From Eledone cirrhosa (taxonomy: Eukaryota), in assembly GCA_964016885.1 (NCBI GenBank), contig OZ024744.1, positions 21,514,001 through 21,578,000 on the forward strand: a stretch of 64,000 nucleotides of DNA, read 5' to 3'. Of this stretch, positions 55,701-64,000 are shown piece by piece (position 1 is the stretch's first letter; each line of letters opens with the position of its first letter). The notes below the pieces were generated by a model that saw nothing but the letters and a program-made list of their open reading frames with translations, did not search any database and had not been told where the DNA came from. The translations under genes and the position numbers were made by a program.

Positions 55701-58700
55701 CAACAGCTATAACATCTTCAGACAGTTAGAAGAGGTGACAGGCACAACAGCTCTGTCATCTTCAGACAGTTAGAAGAGGTGACAGCCACAACATCTATGA
55801 CATCTTCAGACAGTTAGAAGAGGTGACAGCCACAACAGCTATGACATCTTCAGACAGTTAGAAGAGGTGACAGCAACAACAGCTATGACATCTTCAGACA
55901 GTTAGAAGAGGTGACAGGCACAGCAGCTATGACGTCTTTAGACAGTTAGAAGAGGTGACAGCCACAACAGCTATGACATCTTCAGACCGTTAGAAGAGGT
56001 GACAGGCACAACAGCTATGACATCTTCAGAGAGAAGAGGTGACAGGCACAACAGCTATGACATCTTCAGACAGTTAGAAGAGGTGACAGGCACAACAGCT
56101 ATGAAATCTTCAGACAGTGAGAGGAGGTGACAGCCACAACAGCTATGACATCTTCAGACTGTTAGAAGAGGTGACAGCCACAACAGCTATGACATCTTCA
56201 GAGAGAAGAGGTGACAGGCACAACAGCTATGACATCTTCAGACAGAAGAGGTGACAGACACAACAGCTATAACATCTTCAGACAGTTAGAAGAGGTGACA
56301 GGCACAACAACTCTGTCATCTTCAGACAGTTAGAAGAGGTGACAGGCACAACATCTATGACATCTTCAGACAGTTAGAAGAGGTGACAGCCACAACAGCT
56401 ATGACTTCTTCAGACAGTTAGAAGAGGTGACAGCCAAAACAGCTATGAAATATTCAGACAAAAGAGGTAACAGGCACAACAGCTATGCCATCTTCAGAGA
56501 GTTAGAAGAGGTGACAGCCACAACAGCTTTGACATCTTTAGACAGAAGAGGTGACAGCCACAACAGCTATGACATCTTCAGACAGTTAGAAGAGGTGACA
56601 GCCACAACAGCTATGACATCTTTAGACAGTTAGAAGAGGTGACAGGAACAACAGCTATGATATCTTCAGACAGTTAGAAGAGGTGACAGGCACAACAGCT
56701 ATGACATCTTCAGACAGAAGAGGTGACAGCCACAACAGCTATGACATCTTCAGAGAGAAGAGGTGACAGGCACAACAGCTATGACATCTTCAGACAGAAG
56801 AGGTGACAGACACAACAGCTATAACATCTTCAGACAGTTAGAAGAGGTGACAGGCACAACATCTATGACATCTTCAGACAGTTAGAAGAGGTGACAGCCA
56901 CAACAGCTATGACTTCTTCAGACAGTTAGAAGAGGTGACAGCCACAACAGCTATGAAATATTCAGACAAAAGTGGTAACAGGCACAACAGCTATGCCATC
57001 TTCAGAGAGTTAGAAGAGGTGACAGGCACAACAGCTATGACATCTTCAGACAGAAGAGGTGACAGCCACAACAGCTATTACATCTTCAGACAGTTAGAAG
57101 AGGTGACAGGCACAACAGCTATGACATCTTCAGACAGTTAGAAGAGGTGACAGATACAACAGCTATGACATCTTCAGACAGTTAGAAGAGGTGACAGGCA
57201 CAACAGCTGTGACATCTTCAGACAGTTAAAAGAGGTGACAGGCACAACAGCTGTGACATCTTCAGACAGTTAGAAGAGGTGACAGCCACAACAGCTATGA
57301 CATCTTCAGACAGTTAGAAGAGGTGACAGGCACAACAGCTATGACATCTTCATACAGTTAGAAGAGGTGACAGCAACAACAGCTATAAGATCTTCAGACA
57401 GAAGAGGTGACAGCCACAACAGCTATGACATCTTCAGACAGAAGAGGTGACAGCTACAACAGCTATGACATCTTCAGACAGTTAGAAGAGGTGACAGGCA
57501 CAACAGCTATGACATCTTCAGACAGTTAGAAGAGGTGACAGCCACAACAGCTATGACATCTTTAGATATTAGAAGAGGTGACAGGAACAACAGCTATGAC
57601 ATCTTCAGACAGTTAGAATAGGTGACAGGCACAACAGCTATGACACCTTCAGACAGTTAGAAGAGGTGACAGCAACAACAGCTATGACATCTTCAGACAG
57701 TTAGAAGAGGTGACAGGCACAGCAGCTATGACATCTTTAGACAGTTAGAAGAGGTGACAGCCACAACAGCTATGACATCTTCAGACCGTTAGAAGAGGTG
57801 ACAGGCACAACAGCTATGACATCTTCAGAGAGAAGAGGTGACAGGCACAACAGCTATGACATCTACAGACAGTTAGAAGAGGTGACAGGCACAACAGCTA
57901 TGACATCTTCAGACAGTGAGAGGAGGTGACAGGCACAACAGCTATGACATCTTCAGACTGTTAGAAGAGGTGACAGCCACAACAGCTATGACATCTTCAG
58001 ACAAAAGAGGTGACAGCCACAATAGCTATGACATCTTCAGAGAGAAGAGGTGACAGGCACAACAGCTATGACATCTTCAGACAGAAGAGGTGACAGACAC
58101 AACAGCTATAACATCTTCAGACAGTTAGAAGAGGTGACAGGCACAACAGCTCTGTCATCTTCAGACAGTTAGAAGAGGTGACAGGCACAACATCTATGAC
58201 ATCTTCAGACAGTTAGAAGAGGTGACAGCCACAACAGCTATGACTTCTTCAGACAGTTAGAAGAGGTGACAGCCAAAACAGCTATGAAATATTCAGACAA
58301 AAGAGGTAACAGGCACAACAGCTATGCCATCTTCAGAGAGTTAGAAGAGGTGACAGCCACAACAGCTTTGACATCTTTAGACAGAAGAGGTGACAGCCAC
58401 AACAGCTATGACATCTTCAGACAGTTAGAAGAGGTGACAGCCACAACAGCTATGACATCTTTAGACAGTTAGAAGAGGTGACAGGAACAACAGCTATGAT
58501 ATCTTCAGACAGTTAGAAGAGGTGACAGGCACAACAGCTATGACATCTTCAGACAGAAGAGGTGACAGCCACAACAGCTATGACATCTTCAGAGAGAAGA
58601 GGTGACAGGCACAACAGCTATGACATCTTCAGACAGAAGAGGTGACAGACACAACAGCTATAACATCTTCAGACAGTTAGAAGAGGTGACAGGCACAACA

Positions 58701-61700
58701 GCTCTGTCATCTTCAGACAGTTAGAAGAGGTGACAGGCACAACATCTATGACATCTTCAGACAGTTAGAAGAGGTGACAGCCACAACAGCTATGACTTCT
58801 TCAGACAGTTAGAAGAGGTGACAGCCACAACAGCTATGAAATATTCAGACAAAAGAGGTAACAGGCACAACAGCTATGCCATCTTCAGAGAGTTAGAAGA
58901 GGTGACAGGCACAACAGCTATGACATCTTTAGACAGAAGAGGTGACAGCCACAACAGCTATGACATCTTCAGACAGTTAGAAGAGGTGACAGCCACAACA
59001 GCTATGACATCTTCAGACAGTTAAAAGAGGTGACAGGCACAACAGCTGTGACATCTTCAGACAGTTAGAAGAGGTGACAGCCACAACAGCTATGACATCT
59101 TCAGACAGTTAGAAGAGGTGACAGGCACAACAGCTATGACATCTTCATACAGTTAGAAGAGGTGACAGCAACAACAGCTATAAGATCTTCAGACAGAAGA
59201 GGTGACAGCCACAACAGCTATGACATCTTCAGACAGAAGAGGTGACAGCTACAACAGCTATGACATCTTCAGACAGTTAGAAGAGGTGACAGGCACAACA
59301 GCTATGACATCTTCAGACAGTTAGAAGAGGTGACAGCCACAACAGCTATGACATCTTTAGATATTAGAAGAGGTGACAGGAACAACAGCTATGACATCTT
59401 CAGACAGTTAGAATAGGTGACAGGCACAACAGCTATGACATCTTCAGACAGTTAGAAGAGGTGACAGCAACAACAGCTATGACATCTTCAGACAGTTAGA
59501 AGAAGTGACAGGCACAGCAGCTATGACATCTTTAGACAGTTAGAAGAGGTGACAGCCACAACAGCTATGACATCTTCAGACCGTTAGAAGAGGTGACAGG
59601 CACAACAGCTATGACTTCTTCAGAGAGAAGAGGTGACAGGCACAACAGCTATAACATCTTCAGACAGTTAGAAGAGGTGACAGGCACAACAGCTATGACA
59701 TCTTCAGACAGTTAGAAGAGGTGACAGGCACAACAGCTATGACATCTTCAGACAGTTATAAGAGGTGACAGCCACAACGGCTATGACTTCTTCAGACAGT
59801 TAGAAGAGGTGACAGTCACAACAGCTATGGCATCTTCAGACAGTTAGAAGAGGTGACAGCCACAACAGCTTTGACATCTTTAGACAGAAGAGGTGACAGC
59901 CACAACAGCTATGACATCTTCAGACAGTTAGAAGAGGAGACAGGCACAACAGCTATGACATCTTTAGACAGTTAGAAGAGGTGACAGCCACAACAGCTAT
60001 GACATATTCAGACAGTTAGAAGAGGTGACAGGCACAACATCTATGACATCTTCAGACAGTTAGAAGAGGTGACAGGCACAACAGCTATGACATCTTCAGA
60101 CAGTTAGAAGAGGTGACAGCAACAACAGCTATGACATCTTCAGACAGTTAGAAGAAGTGACAGGCACAGCAGCTATGACATCTTTAGACAGTTAGAAGAG
60201 GTGACAGCCACAACAGCTATGACATCTTCAGACCGTTAGAAGAGGTGACAGGCACAACAGCTATGACATCTTCAGAGAGAAGAGGTGACAGGCACAACAG
60301 CTATGACATCTACAGACAGTTAGAAGAGGTGACAGGCACAACAGCTATGACATCTTCAGACAGTGAGAGGAGGTGACAGGCACAACAGCTATGACATCTT
60401 CAGACTGTTAGAAGAGGTGACAGCCACAACAGCTATGACATCTTCAGACAAAAGAGGTGACAGCCACAATAGCTATGACATCTTCAGAGAGAAGAGGTGA
60501 CAGGCACAACAGCTATGACATCTTCAGACAGAAGAGGTGACAGACACAACATCTATAACATCTTCAGACAGTTAGAAGAGGTGACAGGCACAACAGCTCT
60601 GTCATCTTCAGAGAGAAGAGGTGACAGGCACAACAGCTATGACATCTACAGACAGTTAGAAGAGGTGACAGGCACAACAGCTATGACATCTTCAGACAGT
60701 GAGAGGAGGTGACAGGCACAACAGCTATGACATCTTCAGACTGTTAGAAGAGGTGACAGCCACAACAGCTATGACATCTTCAGACAAAAGAGGTGACAGC
60801 CACAATAGCTATGACATCTTCAGAGAGAAGAGGTGACAGGCACAACAGCTATGACATCTTCAGACAGAAGAGGTGACAGACACAACAGCTATAACATCTT
60901 CAGACAGTTAGAAGAGGTGACAGGCACAACAGCTCTGTCATCTTCAGACAGTTAGAAGAGGTAACAGGCACAACAGCTATGACATCTTCAGACAGTTAGA
61001 AGAGGTGACAGCCACAACAGCTATGCCATCTTCAGAGAGTTAGAAGAGGTGACAGCCACAACAGCTTTGACATCTTTAGACAGAAGAGGTGACAGCCACA
61101 ACAGCTATGACATCTTCAGACAGTTAGAAGAGGTGACAGCCACAACAGCTATGACATCTTTAGACAGTTAGAAGAGGTGACAGGAACAACAGCTATGATA
61201 TCTTCAGACAGTTAGAAGAGGTGACAGGCACAACAGCTATGACATCTTCAGACAGAAGAGGTGACAGCCACAACAGCTATGACATCTTCAGAGAGAAGAG
61301 GTGACAGGCACAACAGCTATGACATCTTCAGACAGAAGAGGTGACAGACACAACAGCTATAACATCTTCAGACAGTTAGAAGAGGTGACAGGCACAACAG
61401 CTCTGTCATCTTCAGACAGTTAGAAGAGGTGACAGGCACAACATCTATGACATCTTCAGACAGTTAGAAGAGGTGACAGCCACAACAGCTATGACTTCTT
61501 CAGACAGTTAGAAGAGGTGACAGCCACAACAGCTATGAAATATTCAGACAAAAGAGGTAACAGGCACAACAGCTATGCCATTTTCAGAGAGTTAGAAGAG
61601 GTGACAGGCACAACAGCTATGACATCTTCAGACAGAAGAGGTGACAGCCACAACAGCTATGACATCTTCAGACAGTTAGAAGAGGTGACAGGCACAACAG

Positions 61701-64000
61701 CTATGACATCTTCAGACAGTTAGAAGAGGTGACAGCCACAACAGCTATGACATCTTCAGACAGTTAAAAGAGGTGACAGGCACAACAGCTGTGACATCTT
61801 CAGACAGTTAGAAGAGGTGACAGCCACAACAGCTATGACATCTTCAGACAGTTAGAAGAGGTGACAGGCACAACAGCTATGACATCTTCATACAGTTAGA
61901 AGAGGTGACAGCAACAACAGCTATAAGATCTTCAGACAGAAGAGGTGACAGCCACAACAGCTATGACATCTTCAGACAGAAGAGGTGACAGCTACAACAG
62001 CTATGACATCTTCAGACAGTTAGAAGAGGTGACAGGCACAACAGCTATGACATCTTCAGACAGTTAGAAGAGGTGACAGCCACAACAGCTATGACATCTT
62101 TAGATATTAGAAGAGGTGACAGGAACAACAGCTATGACATCTTCAGACAGTTAGAATAGGTGACAGGCACAACAGCTATGACATCTTCAGACAGTTAGAA
62201 GAGGTGACAGCAACAACAGCTATGACATCTTCAGACAGTTAGAAGAAGTGACAGGCACAGCAGCTATGACATCTTTAGACAGTTAGAAGAGGTGACAGCC
62301 ACAACAGCTATGACATCTTCAGACCGTTAGAAGAGGTGACAGGCACAACAGCTATGACTTCTTCAGAGAGAAGAGGTGACAGGCACAACAGCTATAACAT
62401 CTTCAGACAGTTAGAAGAGGTGACAGGCACAACAGCTATGACATCTTCAGACAGTTAGAAGAGGTGACAGGCACAACAGCTATGACATCTTCAGACAGTT
62501 ATAAGAGGTGACAGCCACAACGGCTATGACTTCTTCAGACAGTTAGAAGAGGTGACAGTCACAACAGCTATGGCATCTTCAGACAGTTAGAAGAGGTGAC
62601 AGCCACAACAGCTTTGACATCTTTAGACAGAAGAGGTGACAGCCACAACAGCTATGACATCTTCAGACAGTTAGAAGAGGAGACAGGCACAACAGCTATG
62701 ACATCTTTAGACAGTTAGAAGAGGTGACAGCCACAACAGCTATGACATATTCAGACAGTTAGAAGAGGTGACAGGCACAACATCTATGACATCTTCAGAC
62801 AGTTAGAAGAGGTGACAGGCACAACAGCTATGACATCTTCAGACAGTTAGAAGAGGTGACAGCAACAACAGCTATGACATCTTCAGACAGTTAGAAGAGG
62901 TGACAGGCACAGCAGCTATGACATCTTTAGACAGTTAGAAGAGGTGACAGCCACAACAGCTATGACATCTTCAGACCGTTAGAAGAGGTGACAGGCACAA
63001 CAGCTATGACATCTTCAGAGAGAAGAGGTGACAGGCACAACAGCTATGACATCTACAGACAGTTAGAAGAGGTGACAGGCACAACAGCTATGACATCTTC
63101 AGACAGTGAGAGGAGGTGACAGGCACAACAGCTATGACATCTTCAGACTGTTAGAAGAGGTGACAGCCACAACAGCTATGACATCTTCAGACAAACGAGG
63201 TGACAGCCACAATAGCTATGACATCTTCAGAGAGAAGAGGTGACAGGCACAACAGCTATGACATCTTCAGACAGAAGAGGTGACAGACACAACAGCTATA
63301 ACATCTTCAGACAGTTAGAAGAGGTGACAGGCACAACAGCTCTGTCATCTTCAGACAGTTAGAAGAGGTGACAGGCACAACATCTATGACATCTTCAGAC
63401 AGTTAGAAGAGGTGACAGCCACAACAGCTATGACTTCTTCAGACAGTTAGAAGAGGTGACAGCCAAAACAGCTATGAAATATTCAGACAAAAGAGGTAAC
63501 AGGCACAACAGCTATGCCATCTTCAGAGAGTTAGAAGAGGTGACAGCCACAACAGCTTTGACATCTTTAGACAGAAGAGGTGACAGCCACAACAGCTATG
63601 ACATCTTCAGACAGTTAGAAGAGGTGACAGCCACAACAGCTATGACATCTTTAGACAGTTAGAAGAGGTGACAGGAACAACAGCTATGATATCTTCAGAC
63701 AGTTAGAAGAGGTGACAGGCACAACAGCTATGACATCTTCAGACAGAAGAGGTGACAGCCACAACAGCTATGACATCTTCAGAGAGAAGAGGTGACAGGC
63801 ACAACAGCTATGACATCTTCAGACAGAAGAGGTGACAGACACAACAGCTATAACATCTTCAGACAGTTAGAAGAGGTGACAGGCACAACAGCTCTGTCAT
63901 CTTCAGACAGTTAGAAGAGGTGACAGGCACAACAGCTATGACATCTTCAGACAGTTAGAAGAGGTGACAGGCACAACATCTATGACATCTTCAGACAGTT
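52700..64000. repeat. Satellite sub-domain E: units of about 1.8 and 2.7 kb with private variants
   Basis: Markers are GCTCTGTCATC, GAAATATTCAGACAAAAGAGGTAAC, the 43-mer TTTAGATATTAG (57561, 59356, 62099), GAATAGGTG and ATCTACAGAC. Identical pseudo-ORFs occur at 56427, 58266 and 63456. Confidence 0.78.

Larger units (their letters stand above)
1..64000. repeat. Satellite DNA array of mixed 44-bp and 40-bp monomers (GAAGAGGTGACAG[C/G]CACAACAGCTATGACATCTTCAGACA[GTTA]), running off both window ends
   Basis: The unit is directly readable on every line, always in the same orientation. Most copies differ from consensus by 0-3 substitutions, and the two main length classes differ by presence/absence of GTTA. 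The 44-mer has 16 A, 10 G, 10 C and 8 T (45% GC). No interruption by non-repeat sequence was seen. Confidence 0.99.

Noticed and set aside
333-63662. 27 short + strand ORFs (60-96 aa; TTAMTSSDRRGDSHNSYDIFRQLEEV repeats)
   Set aside because: They are translations of the satellite. Frames stay open only where 44- and 40-bp units alternate (84 bp) or a 42-mer intervenes, and otherwise hit TAG/TGA. Most begin at GTG/TTG within the repeat. The RGD tripeptides are a by-product of AGAGGTGAC.
1-64000. CRISPR array (palindromic ~35-bp repeat at regular spacing)
   Set aside because: Units are directly adjacent with only a near-constant 5-9 nt linker. There are no unique spacers, leader or cas genes.
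1-64000. Giant repetitive protein gene or programmed-frameshift locus
   Set aside because: Unit lengths of 40 and 44 are not multiples of 3, stops occur on both strands, and no ORF exceeds 96 aa.
1-64000. Information-encoding variant code, or a diversity-generating cassette array
   Set aside because: The variant order is explained by nested duplications and deletions. No recombinase, reverse transcriptase, expression site or unique cassette is present in the window.
1-64000. Telomeric repeat (TTAG), tandem MITE/REP/attC elements, or tRNA-like genes
   Set aside because: There are no TTAGG/TTAGGG runs, no cargo between units, no demonstrable target-site duplications, and no cloverleaf or A/B boxes.

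Overview
The whole 64 kb window is one uninterrupted, head-to-tail tandem-repeat (satellite) array, and I saw no unique sequence, gene, RNA gene, mobile element or orientation switch. The consensus monomer is GAAGAGGTGACAG(C/G)CACAACAGCTATGACATCTTCAGACA(GTTA). It is 44 bp with GTTA and 40 bp without, with rarer 42/43 bp variants, giving roughly 1,500 copies (estimate: 64,000/~43). The monomer is an imperfect palindrome, is A-rich on the + strand and has no CpG in the consensus. Diagnostic variant monomers show irregular, nested higher-order duplications (offsets of about 1.0-1.4, 1.8, 2.7-4.2, 6.65, 7.1 and 24.5 kb) and several sub-domains with their own variant sets. All 27 listed ORFs are translations of the repeat: alternating 44+40 = 84 bp units preserve a frame. 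This is not a CRISPR array, because there are no unique spacers. It looks like eukaryotic satellite/heterochromatic DNA, but I cannot name the organism or satellite family. I see no evidence of a novel gene-encoded system; the interesting content is the repeat's architecture and mutational history.
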